IMG/VR virus record: IMGVR_UViG_3300037781_000204
Location: 1 to 32,803 of that record
Length of the DNA: 32,803 nucleotides
Strand: one strand, 5' to 3'
Source of the DNA: a virus
Lineage: Duplodnaviria > Caudoviricetes
Position 1 is the stretch's first letter. Every line of letters begins with the position of its first letter. The translations under genes and the position numbers were made by a program. Below the pieces are notes generated by a model. The model saw only the letters and a program-made list of their open reading frames with translations, was not told where the DNA came from and ran no database searches. Of this stretch, positions 7,263 through 16,065 are shown piece by piece.

Positions 7263-8686
7263 GCGGCGTTTATCAAATGCCTAAGAATAACAACAAAACT
7301 GACACTTCGCAAGTTGGGAACAGAATACCTCCTAACTCAGTAGAAGCTGAAGTTTCAGTATTGGGTGCTATGATGCTAAGTAAAGAGGCAATTTCTAAAG
7401 CTGCTGCTTTGTTGAATGAAGATTCTTTTTATCAAGAGCGGTTTAAGTTGGTTTTCGCTGCTATGATTCGCATGAGTGAAAAAGATATAAAGGTCGATTT
7501 GATTACTCTATGTGATGAGCTGAGTAAGCAAGGCAAATTAGACAAAATCGGAGGCCGTCCATTTATAGCAAAGATTAATAAGTATGTCGCTACTTCAGCA
7601 AATGTAGAAACATATTGTTTTATAGTTCTAGAAATGCAAATGAGAAGGGAAATAATATCAACTAGCGGTGCATCAATTACTGATGCTTACGATTTGGAAG
7701 TCGATGTTCTCGAATTGCTAGACAGAACAGAAGCTGAAATATTCAAGATTGCTGAAAAGCGTATGTCAAAGAACTTCCAATCTATGCCGGAACTGACTCG
7801 CTCAACTGCAAAGGCAATTGAAAATATTCAGCTAAGAGCAAAAAACGGTGTTACTGGGTTGTCTACTGGTCTAATTGATTTGGATAAATATCTAGGAGGC
7901 CTGCAGGATTCAGAGCTAGTAATTATTGCAGCTCGTCCATCTATGGGAAAAACGGCACTGGGATTAACCATGACTATGAACATAGCTAAAGAAGGTAAAT
8001 CTGTTGCTTTCTTCTCTCTGGAAATGGCTTCTACTCAATTGCTCATTCGTTTGCTCTCAGCTGAAGCAAAGATAAATCAACAGAAAATCAGAACTGGAAA
8101 AATCAGCAAAGATGAAAACCAAAGGTTAATAGAAGCACTTGGTGAAATGAATGATTTGAAAATATACATTGACGATAGTTCACTAATGGAAATTGGTGAG
8201 CTGAAAGCCAAGTGTAGAAGACTAAAAGCAGAACATGATATTGATGTTGTATTTGTAGACTACTTACAGCTGCTTAGAGCTAACGGCCTAGAATCAAGAG
8301 AAAGAGAAATTGCTTTAATCTCAATGACTCTAAAGCAAATTGCTAAGGATTTAGAAATACCTGTAGTAGCACTTGCGCAACTCAACAGATCTATCGAAGC
8401 TAGACCAGGTAAAAGCCGTTCACCTATGCTTTCTGATTTACGTGAGTCAGGATCCATAGAACAAGATGCAGATGTGATTATGTTTGTTCAAAGACGTGAA
8501 GTCTATGGACTGATAGAATACGATGACAAAACGCCTACAGAAGGCACTGCAGAACTTATAATTGGTAAGCAAAGAAACGGACCAATCGGAACTGTTAAAA
8601 CTGCATTTGTCAAGAAATACGCACGATTTGAAAATTTAGATTTTGGCTATGAAGAAATGCCATTTGATAACGAAAGAAAATTTTAA
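7259..8686 (+). CDS. dnaB: Replicative DNA helicase DnaB
   Basis: PPNSVEAEVSVLG N-domain, Walker A AARPSMGKT, FSLEM, VDYLQL, LAQLNR, SDLRESGSIEQDAD, KQRNGP; full length, no intein. Confidence 0.97.
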   Translation: MSGVYQMPKNNNKTDTSQVGNRIPPNSVEAEVSVLGAMMLSKEAISKAAALLNEDSFYQERFKLVFAAMIRMSEKDIKVDLITLCDELSKQGKLDKIGGRPFIAKINKYVATSANVETYCFIVLEMQMRREIISTSGASITDAYDLEVDVLELLDRTEAEIFKIAEKRMSKNFQSMPELTRSTAKAIENIQLRAKNGVTGLSTGLIDLDKYLGGLQDSELVIIAARPSMGKTALGLTMTMNIAKEGKSVAFFSLEMASTQLLIRLLSAEAKINQQKIRTGKISKDENQRLIEALGEMNDLKIYIDDSSLMEIGELKAKCRRLKAEHDIDVVFVDYLQLLRANGLESREREIALISMTLKQIAKDLEIPVVALAQLNRSIEARPGKSRSPMLSDLRESGSIEQDADVIMFVQRREVYGLIEYDDKTPTEGTAELIIGKQRNGPIGTVKTAFVKKYARFENLDFGYEEMPFDNERKF

Positions 8687-8702
8687 TAATAGGAGAAACG
8701 AA

Positions 8703-8909
8703 ATGTGTGATGAAATATACCCATACGTTGGCAAACACGAAAAAGGCATGATAGTAATGTTCACCGATGAGAAAACAGGAATGTTACTAAATGATTGTAG
8801 CGCTGTAGATGAGGCTTTGAATGATTATTTCTATTGTGAAGATTGGATAGAAGGAGAGTTTGAAAGAATTGGAGTTCCAGTAATAATGATTGATGAGAGG
8901 AAAAAATGA
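8703..8909 (+). CDS. Small acidic hypothetical protein
   Basis: AGGAG at 8691 favours ATG 8703; ATGA coupling to the next gene. Confidence 0.65.
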   Translation: MCDEIYPYVGKHEKGMIVMFTDEKTGMLLNDCSAVDEALNDYFYCEDWIEGEFERIGVPVIMIDERKK

Positions 8910-9268
8910 GTAAAGTACAACTAAATTGGGAAGTCCTATCAAAGAGAACCACAGAACCCAGAACAGCAACTATTGATAATGATAAAGTGATTTGTGCTGT
9001 TAGGTTTGACGGTTATCGTCATTATGTAGCATGGATCAATACGGGTAAAAGTCCTAAGTTCAATAAGAAAATAACATTTTCACCTGCTAGTTATGTAAAG
9101 ATACAAAGAACCTATGGTGACATTGTGAGTAAAGTTGAAGAATTCTTATCAAGAGATAGAAGAAATCACTTGGTAAGTATAGATGAATTTAGAGAACTGT
9201 TGAAAAAGGAAGTCCGAAGTTATGATTTGCTTAAAGATTTACAAGAATTATTGAATAAAGAGGATTAA
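8906..9268 (+). CDS. Hypothetical protein
   Basis: GAGG RBS; coupled ORF in the operon. Confidence 0.65.
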   Translation: MSKVQLNWEVLSKRTTEPRTATIDNDKVICAVRFDGYRHYVAWINTGKSPKFNKKITFSPASYVKIQRTYGDIVSKVEEFLSRDRRNHLVSIDEFRELLKKEVRSYDLLKDLQELLNKED

Positions 9269-9269
9269 A

Positions 9270-9476
9270 ATGAGTGATTGTTTTACATGTGATTATCCGG
9301 ATCGCAAAATAGAGAAAGTTGTAAATCACAAAAATATCTGTACTGATTGTATGCAATACCACAGATTGCTCGCTAGCAAGTTGAATGTAAGTGAAGATTC
9401 AGTGATTCTAAATAGTATTTCAATGGCTAATAAAGGAATTAAAAGAGTGCAATCTGATCCAGTATTGAGAGGGTAA
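9270..9476 (+). CDS. Small Zn-finger protein
   Basis: CFTC...CTDC pairs; GAGGA RBS. Confidence 0.6.
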   Translation: MSDCFTCDYPDRKIEKVVNHKNICTDCMQYHRLLASKLNVSEDSVILNSISMANKGIKRVQSDPVLRG

Positions 9477-9480
9477 AAAG

Positions 9481-9747
9481 ATGAACATTGAAATATTATT
9501 GAAGCAAACTGAAGATGAGCAAAAAGGATATATCTATTGCTCTGTTATAAATTGGATAGCAAAGAAAGAAAAGAATATCAAAAGATTAGAAGTCGAAATG
9601 GCACTTTGTTTAGGCCATAATTTTATTTACAAATACAGTAAATATCTTTTGGAATGTGAGGAACGAAGCTTGAAAGAATTAAAGGAATTCAAAGCCAAAT
9701 TAGAAGACGGTGACTTTGACACAGTTAAAGAATTGGGGATAAAATGA
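9481..9747 (+). CDS. Hypothetical helical protein
   Basis: GAGG RBS; tight operon packing. Confidence 0.6.
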   Translation: MNIEILLKQTEDEQKGYIYCSVINWIAKKEKNIKRLEVEMALCLGHNFIYKYSKYLLECEERSLKELKEFKAKLEDGDFDTVKELGIK

Positions 9748-10049
9748 GCAAATTCCTTACAGAAAAAATTATGAATGAGTCTAATCACTATTTAGAATTG
9801 TGGCTTCAAAATATAATCACAAAGAATAGAGAATTGTTCCCTAAAAATCTCACATACAAATCATTAGAAAATGCAGGCTTTGAATTGGCATCGCATACAG
9901 TTCAAACTGAAAATGGAGGGTTTGTAACCTTATACAAATTAATGAATGGTAAAACTCAAATCGGTGAAAACTTCAGGGTCGAATTTTACATAAGTAATAA
10001 AGATAATATTGTACATGAATACTATGTAGGAGCAGAAAAAAATGGCTAA
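9744..10049 (+). CDS. Hypothetical protein
   Basis: ATGA overlap with the upstream gene. Confidence 0.6.
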   Translation: MSKFLTEKIMNESNHYLELWLQNIITKNRELFPKNLTYKSLENAGFELASHTVQTENGGFVTLYKLMNGKTQIGENFRVEFYISNKDNIVHEYYVGAEKNG

Positions 10050-10416
10050 AGAAGCACACACAGGAATGATGAAGCTATACATTGAGACATTCGAAGATTG
10101 CCCAAAGGTTTGGGATTATTTCTACTCTCGTTTAGGTCTCTGTCCGGATAGCATTCATGATAAATCAATCAGCTTCGATAGAATTGTCATTTTTGAAGGG
10201 CCATTTAGAGCTGTAATTGATATTCACAATATCTATGAGTTTCTAGGTGCTCTAATGCAGAAAAAAGCATTTTCAGAAACTGATATTGCAGATAAATTCT
10301 ACACTCCTATCAAAACAAAAGATTTGCTTTATAGATTTATTGATTGTGTAGAGAAGATGATCACTATTATCAAGCTTTGCGAACCACACTTAAAACAAGA
10401 GGTAGTAAATGCCTAG
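10042..10416 (+). CDS. Hypothetical protein
   Basis: AGGAG RBS; 8-nt overlaps on both sides. Confidence 0.65.
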   Translation: MAKEAHTGMMKLYIETFEDCPKVWDYFYSRLGLCPDSIHDKSISFDRIVIFEGPFRAVIDIHNIYEFLGALMQKKAFSETDIADKFYTPIKTKDLLYRFIDCVEKMITIIKLCEPHLKQEVVNA

Positions 10417-11020
10417 AAAATGGTCAATAGAAGAAGTTGAAACCCTTGAATTGCTCTATCCACATTTGCCAACTTTTGATGTAGCAGGCATAATTGGGAG
10501 GTCTAGAGATAGTGTGGAGCAAAAAGCCTACAAAATGTCAGTTAAGAAAACTGAAGAATATATTCAGGGTCAACAGAAGCAATGGCTAAATGCTGGTAAA
10601 TCGACTAGATTTAAAAAAGGTAATAAGTCATGGAACAAAGGGACTAAAGGATTGACAAGCTCTAATAAAACAAGTTTTAAAAAAGGACACAAACCGCACA
10701 ATCACAGATCTGTAGGCACTGAAGTAGTTACTTTCGATGGTTATATAAAAGTTAAGATTGCAGAACCAAGAACTTGGGAACTAAAGCATAGATTGCAATG
10801 GGAAAAACACAATGGTCCTATTCCTGAAGGATACAATGTGCAGTTTCGAAATGGGAACAGAAAAGATTGCAGGATTGAAAATCTTTACTTGATTGACAAA
10901 GCAGGAAATATGCAAAAGAATACTATACAGAGATATCCTGACGATATTAAAAATGTACTAAGAAGAAATGCAAAACTGAAACGAGTTATTAAAAAAATGG
11001 AGACTCAGGAAAATGAGTGA
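10409..11020 (+). CDS. HNH-family nuclease-like protein with N-terminal HTH and FKKG repeats
   Basis: KWSIEE...LYP...IIGRSRDSV HTH; TRFKKGNKSWNKG/TSFKKGHKPHN repeats; HRLQWEKHNGPIPEG...NGNRKDCRIENL...N core. Confidence 0.85.
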   Translation: MPRKWSIEEVETLELLYPHLPTFDVAGIIGRSRDSVEQKAYKMSVKKTEEYIQGQQKQWLNAGKSTRFKKGNKSWNKGTKGLTSSNKTSFKKGHKPHNHRSVGTEVVTFDGYIKVKIAEPRTWELKHRLQWEKHNGPIPEGYNVQFRNGNRKDCRIENLYLIDKAGNMQKNTIQRYPDDIKNVLRRNAKLKRVIKKMETQENE

Positions 11021-11426
11021 AAACAAAAACAGCATGAATAGATTATACGATAAGCTATTCGACACCATGGACAATATAACTGACGATCCGAAATCAATTG
11101 CAAAAGCAAAAGCAGTAGTTGAGGTGAGTGATGCAATAGTTAATGTTGCTAAGTTAGAACACAATGTAGCTAAAGCTTATGGAGGTGAATATAAACATAC
11201 AATGTCCAAACCTAAGCAAATCCCAATGCCAAAAGATAATGAACCTAGACAGCTAGAGAGTAAAGAAATGGCAATAGAATTTATTACAGCTGACACACCA
11301 GAGGAATTAAGAACAATTTGCCAAGAGTTTGAAGAAGAAAATAAGCATCGAAGCCCGGAGCTTATATATGTAACTAAGAATTCTTTAGGTAAAAGAGAAG
11401 CTAAATATAGGATGGTGAAACAATGA
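11013..11426 (+). CDS. Conserved partner of FKKG-HNH proteins
   Basis: KNSMNRLYDKLFDTMDNI...KAKAVVEVSDAIVNVAKLE resembles the small phage protein usually encoded next to this HNH family. Confidence 0.6.
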   Translation: MSENKNSMNRLYDKLFDTMDNITDDPKSIAKAKAVVEVSDAIVNVAKLEHNVAKAYGGEYKHTMSKPKQIPMPKDNEPRQLESKEMAIEFITADTPEELRTICQEFEEENKHRSPELIYVTKNSLGKREAKYRMVKQ

Positions 11427-11593
11427 CTGAAGTATTAGTACAAGCAATAAGTAAAAGACAATTAATCAAAAAACAGAGGAAATTTCTAAATGGAAAAATA
11501 GCAAAAACCTACAATCCAAAAGTAGCTTCATCTGGCTACGATTCAAAATCTAAGATGTATTTCGTGAAGTATAATTATGATACTTCGAAATAA
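11423..11593 (+). CDS. 56-aa basic hypothetical protein (below ORF-track cutoff)
   Basis: ATGA-coupled to the upstream stop; MTEVLVQAISKRQLIKKQ...YNYDTSK; fills the gap in the operon. Confidence 0.6.
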   Translation: MTEVLVQAISKRQLIKKQRKFLNGKIAKTYNPKVASSGYDSKSKMYFVKYNYDTSK

Positions 11594-11639
11594 AGTGTTA
11601 AATTTATTCAAATAATTAATCATAATAGGAGATAAATCA

Positions 11640-11834
11640 ATGCCAAATTTAGAGAATATTCTCAGGGAGAAAAGAAAGTTAGAAGCAGAGCTGACTTCAA
11701 AAGTGCAAGGATTTTTATATGAACATGGAAGTGATATTAAAGAAATGTGCATCTATGACGATATTGATACAAAAAAAACAATCGATGGTAAAAAATTACA
11801 TTCTGTAAAATTTGAAATAACAATAGGCATTTAG
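11640..11834 (+). CDS. Small hypothetical protein
   Basis: AGGAG RBS upstream; 64 aa. Confidence 0.65.
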   Translation: MPNLENILREKRKLEAELTSKVQGFLYEHGSDIKEMCIYDDIDTKKTIDGKKLHSVKFEITIGI

Positions 11835-11847
11835 GAGGATAGGAGAA

Positions 11848-12024
11848 ATGGCCAAATATTGTAATAATTGCAAGCAAAACGTGAAGCCGAAAAGAAAATT
11901 TGGAATTGGAACAGCATTAATAACAGTGCTGACATGTGGAATTTATTTATTCTTTTATTTCACGAAACCGAAACGGTGTCCAATGTGTAACGATAGGAAT
12001 TTTTCTAAAGAAGTTCTTGCTTAA
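11848..12024 (+). CDS. 58-aa LITAF-like membrane Zn-ribbon protein (below ORF-track cutoff)
   Basis: Double RBS AGGAGG/AGGAG; MAKYCNNC...FGIGTALITVLTCGIYLFFYF...KRCPMC; ends just before the terminator. Confidence 0.8.
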   Translation: MAKYCNNCKQNVKPKRKFGIGTALITVLTCGIYLFFYFTKPKRCPMCNDRNFSKEVLA

Positions 12025-12028
12025 TGAT

Positions 12029-12056
12029 AAGCCCACCGTTTGGTGGGCTTTTTTTT
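12029..12056 (+). terminator. Rho-independent terminator at convergent junction
   Basis: AAGCCCACC-GTTT-GGTGGGCTT followed by a T run; separates the + early operon from the - packaging block. Confidence 0.9.
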
Positions 12057-12564
12057 ATACAATCTCAACTTTTATATTGTCATTCAAATATTTTGCTGCC
12101 AACCGTTCTAATTCCTTATCTTCCATACCAAGAAAATCTCTTCCACGGTCTATACTCCACAAAGCTTTTTCTGCATTCTCTTGTCTATTGAATCCGATCT
12201 GAATGCCATCTTTTGGCAATGCTATTACAGATAGGTCTTTCATCATTTGTCCGGTAAGTGTAAGGTTTACAGTGCCTCCAAATTGTGGTTTCCAAGCTGC
12301 TTTTAGTGCTTTGTACCCACCTTTAATTACAACCCATTCTGATTTACCTTTTTTATACCAGAATAGATTGCCTGCAGATTCTAATCGTTTTAGAGCGGCT
12401 TGAGTAGTAGCACCTGAAGGCATAGCGAAATAACGAGTGCTATAAGGTTTGAATGGTTTCCCGTCCTTATCCCTACCCTCTTGAGTTCTCTTTCTAATAT
12501 GCTTTACTATTTCAAGTCCTAGGAGCTGTTTTGAAAGATTAGGTATCGTCACTTTGATTTTCAT
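12055..12564 (-). CDS. Virion morphogenesis / tail-completion protein (Mu gpG-like)
   Basis: IRKRTQEGRDKDGKPFKPYS...Y, VNLTLTGQM and RDFLGM motifs; follows the portal. Confidence 0.75.
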   Translation of the reverse strand: MKIKVTIPNLSKQLLGLEIVKHIRKRTQEGRDKDGKPFKPYSTRYFAMPSGATTQAALKRLESAGNLFWYKKGKSEWVVIKGGYKALKAAWKPQFGGTVNLTLTGQMMKDLSVIALPKDGIQIGFNRQENAEKALWSIDRGRDFLGMEDKELERLAAKYLNDNIKVEIV

Positions 12565-13780
12565 CTTCTAAAGCTTGGTTAAGTGAACTTGATATGTTTA
12601 GACTAATTACTTGATCTTCATCATCAGCAAGTGGAATACCTGTTTTTTCATTCCATGTTTTAACTTGGAATTTCAACCCTGAATTAATTGCATCAAGCAT
12701 TATATTTGCATTAGCTGTTCTATCCTGTTTAAGCTTTGGATGCATCACAAATTCATAAGGTACATCTAGGCCATAAGCTGACTTGTCTACATTCATATAG
12801 TAGTCATGTCTAAGTAGCATGTCATTTATTAGCAGTTCGAACTCAAATCGCATTTCCCTTGCTAGATCTTCCTCACCTCTTTCAAGCACAGTCAAAGCGT
12901 TTCTTTCTCTATCTGTAGCCATCATTGTAGTATTAGTAATAGCTACTTCTACTTCTTCATAACATGACTGTAGGAATGCATCGAATGATTTGCCGGCATT
13001 CTCGTTATTCAGACGTTCCCAAATAAATTCTACTAAATCTGATGTTACAGTAGCTTTATTTTTTACTGCTTTTCTTACAGCTTCAGCAGCTGCTTTCTTA
13101 TCTTCAGGACTAGCTCCTAGCTTAGTTTTTGCTTGGATTATCCCTTTTAGGAATTGAATGTATTGAGACCATTCCTGACGGCTCAAATTAATCATATAGC
13201 AAGCATAGATTACAGTTCTCAGTATTCCTCCTGGTTCAGGATAGTCTGGTACATAAACTAAGTAATTGTGCTTCTCATTTTCTTGAATCTCAGTCCTCAC
13301 AAATTGATTATGTTCAGCTTGTTGCAGAATTGACACACCATAATTATATCTATGGTTCCTTTCCAATTCGTACGGATTGTAATTGTAGTCGATTTGAGGC
13401 TTGAAACCATAGTCAGTTATTTCCCATTTGAGCCTTTGAACAGAAACTCCAAACAAGTCACCTTCTATATACCTTTTAGTGTATTGCTTTATTATAGAAC
13501 TCAGTCGTTTTTCAGCTTCCTCTGCTAATCTGGCATGTTCCTCATTGTTCTCATCTATTGGAACTATTGCCCAGGTCGCACTAGATACATGCGATGTTCT
13601 TCTAAGCTTATGTCTAGTCATTTTGGGAACGCATGACATAGCACGTTCTTCTAAGCTCATCAGATCCCTTACATCTCTATTTTCATCTTCAAACACAGAG
13701 GCTTTCTTTATTGCCATCTGTATATCTTTAGGGTCTGTAGGAAATTCCTTAGTGTTTAATATTGCTGCTCTATAGTTCAT
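12539..13780 (-). CDS. Portal protein (Mu gp29/DUF935-like)
   Basis: 413 aa after TerL; LFGVSVQRLKW and GGILRTV...EWSQYIQFLKG resemble the Mu-type portal. Confidence 0.7.
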   Translation of the reverse strand: MNYRAAILNTKEFPTDPKDIQMAIKKASVFEDENRDVRDLMSLEERAMSCVPKMTRHKLRRTSHVSSATWAIVPIDENNEEHARLAEEAEKRLSSIIKQYTKRYIEGDLFGVSVQRLKWEITDYGFKPQIDYNYNPYELERNHRYNYGVSILQQAEHNQFVRTEIQENEKHNYLVYVPDYPEPGGILRTVIYACYMINLSRQEWSQYIQFLKGIIQAKTKLGASPEDKKAAAEAVRKAVKNKATVTSDLVEFIWERLNNENAGKSFDAFLQSCYEEVEVAITNTTMMATDRERNALTVLERGEEDLAREMRFEFELLINDMLLRHDYYMNVDKSAYGLDVPYEFVMHPKLKQDRTANANIMLDAINSGLKFQVKTWNEKTGIPLADDEDQVISLNISSSLNQALEDENQSDDT

Positions 13781-13790
13781 TTAAAAACCT

Positions 13791-13988
13791 CTAATTCTCG
13801 TTTGTGTCGCTTGTTATTTTTGTTAGACTAAATATCTTTTTGCAATCGAAGCAGTATTTATAACATGTAGTTTCAGTGCTTATTAATTCTTTACTCACTT
13901 CATTCTTCAGTTGAAATACTTGATATTTAGCTTCAAATGTTTTGAAATCTTCATGTCTGCAATTTTCAGCTGCTGCCACTGTTCCCAT
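13791..13988 (-). CDS. Small Zn-binding protein
   Basis: CRH...YCFDCKK; 1-nt overlap with the TerL stop; GGAGG RBS. Confidence 0.6.
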   Translation of the reverse strand: MGTVAAAENCRHEDFKTFEAKYQVFQLKNEVSKELISTETTCYKYCFDCKKIFSLTKITSDTNEN

Positions 13989-15592
13989 TAAAAGCCTCCA
14001 TCAAATCCTATTGAAGTAACTTCATAAGCATTACCACCTGAAACAGCGTTTGGAATAAACATCCCATTTTCAATACCGAATTGGTAACATGAAATTAAAC
14101 AGTCTGGAAAATCATCAGATCCATTGTCCTTCTTAGAACCAAAAGTGTGGAATTGATCCCAAGCATCAGAACCTTCTTCAGTTTCTAAAAATTCTACAGG
14201 AAAGCGCAACTTACCTTGCTTATAAATAGAACTCAGATGTAGTGATATCATATCTACATTGTATTTGCAGAACATAATAGGAGGCATAGGAATGCCTTTG
14301 ATAGCTACAAAGTTTCTTATGTTATTATCCCAGATGGACTCTTGACTAACATTGCCATCCATCGCCATTATCCGAATGCGGCCATCAAACAGAGTCAGAT
14401 AATCGTTTAATAGTTCATTTGATGAACTGTAGCTTTTACACTTTGGTTTATATACATAATAAAGATCATTGCTTCTACTATATAGAATTGCTGCCATTGC
14501 TGTAGTGTCACCTTCTCCCTTTTTAGAAAGATTAGGATCACAAAATGCAGGACCATAAGCATCTGAAGGAAGCTCACTTTCATAGTAAGTCTTTTTGAAT
14601 TGCTCTGGAAATACATGACCTGACTTTAGTATCGGATCTGATTGTGCTTCAGCCCATTCTATAGCTCCGTCTACATTCATCATTGACTTCATTTCTTCTT
14701 CAGACTTTGCAGGGTATTTATTATGCCAAACTGAGCCTACATATTTAACTGCTGCAGTTATTTTGTGACTCCATGCAGGAAATGCTAATATTTCAACTAG
14801 ATCAGAGACAATCCCTTTTTCTTGATTCTCTTTCAGTTTGTTGAATAGGCATTTGGGATGCAAGTTATTTCCTATGATAATCATAGATGCATTATCGCGA
14901 GCTGATCTATAAGCCTCACGTATCTTTAACAGTTTCTTATGGTTATTTTCTTCATTGAAGACTTGTTTAGTAGTCTCCAAATCGTCACCATCTATAAAGT
15001 CTAGTCTTTCTAAATCAACGTGACTATCTCCTCTAGCACCAGCATCTAAAGAGTATGGCACATAACTACAGAATCCCTTATTTGTATTGCATTTGAAAAT
15101 AAGTATATCATCATTAAGTGTATCTATCTGTATGTCAAAATCCTCTAGTAATCTTTGATTAGAACGAATGATATTAGCAAAGGCACGAACAAATTTCATT
15201 GCTTTCTTCAAATTCTCTTTTACTATACCACCAGAATTAGCTCGACCTGAAAGAAACCACCACAATCTAATTTTGAGCAAGTAAACGGTTTTTGCTAAAC
15301 TCCTGTGAGCTCCAAACCAATGAATACCTTTTTCAAATGTTTTTTGTAACATTGTCGTATGAAGAAAACCGGGTGCATACCATCCTTGTCTAAACATACT
15401 CTTAGGAAAGTAAGTTCTATCAAAATATAAAAAATCCTTCATTGCTTTTTTGACTCTCTTATCCCTTGCTGCTTTCGAATTATCTTTGAATCCATCAGAT
15501 GGACTTGAAAACTCTCTTCTCGAAAGCTCCTCTTCAAATTTAGCAAACTCTTTTTCGAGTGGGCTTAGTTTTCTAGTTCTAGGATTTTCCAT
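13988..15592 (-). CDS. terL: Terminase large subunit
   Basis: Walker A-like AHRSLAKT, Walker B-like FIDGDDLE, coupling IIIGN, nuclease FCDPN...GDTTA and DDFPDCL. Confidence 0.9.
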   Translation of the reverse strand: MENPRTRKLSPLEKEFAKFEEELSRREFSSPSDGFKDNSKAARDKRVKKAMKDFLYFDRTYFPKSMFRQGWYAPGFLHTTMLQKTFEKGIHWFGAHRSLAKTVYLLKIRLWWFLSGRANSGGIVKENLKKAMKFVRAFANIIRSNQRLLEDFDIQIDTLNDDILIFKCNTNKGFCSYVPYSLDAGARGDSHVDLERLDFIDGDDLETTKQVFNEENNHKKLLKIREAYRSARDNASMIIIGNNLHPKCLFNKLKENQEKGIVSDLVEILAFPAWSHKITAAVKYVGSVWHNKYPAKSEEEMKSMMNVDGAIEWAEAQSDPILKSGHVFPEQFKKTYYESELPSDAYGPAFCDPNLSKKGEGDTTAMAAILYSRSNDLYYVYKPKCKSYSSSNELLNDYLTLFDGRIRIMAMDGNVSQESIWDNNIRNFVAIKGIPMPPIMFCKYNVDMISLHLSSIYKQGKLRFPVEFLETEEGSDAWDQFHTFGSKKDNGSDDFPDCLISCYQFGIENGMFIPNAVSGGNAYEVTSIGFDGGF

Positions 15593-16065
15593 GCTTCTAA
15601 TATTTCTTTTTCTGTTGCATCTGGATAAAAATATCTAACTAATTCAATTATTTTCTGTACGTCCGGTTTCTTGACTGCATCTACAAACTGCATATCTTGA
15701 TTCCGTTTCATTGTTATAGTAAGTTTTGATACTAAATCAAGTTGTTCTTTCGGTTCTAAGTCAGTACGCGATCTTAAAGCTGCTATAACATTAACTATTG
15801 TTTCATTAATTAATGTGTTAGCTCCTACTTCCAGAAGCTCTTTTGCTACTTTCTCTTTATTAGCATCAAACTCTACTCTCAGGTCAGCATCCAAAGCAGC
15901 AGTATATTCTTCATTTCTGTACTTATCTACATAGTTACGAACTTGATCTTTGGTTACATTGAACCTCAGAGCAACATTCTTGTAGCTACTGCTATCTTTG
16001 AATAAGTAGTATTTAGCTATCTTAATTTGCTTTGCTTTGCTAACAGTTTTTGATTTTTTAGCCAT
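15565..16065 (-). CDS. Putative terminase small subunit (HTH)
   Basis: Start reassigned to ATG 16065 (AGGTG RBS); HTH SYKNVALRFNVTKDQVRNYV; directly upstream of TerL. Confidence 0.65.
   Translation of the reverse strand: MAKKSKTVSKAKQIKIAKYYLFKDSSSYKNVALRFNVTKDQVRNYVDKYRNEEYTAALDADLRVEFDANKEKVAKELLEVGANTLINETIVNVIAALRSRTDLEPKEQLDLVSKLTITMKRNQDMQFVDAVKKPDVQKIIELVRYFYPDATEKEILEAWKILELEN

Noticed and set aside
11936-12202. 88-aa + strand ORF from the track
   Set aside because: Runs through the terminator and overlaps the better-supported 11848-12024 gene and the minus-strand gpG-like gene.
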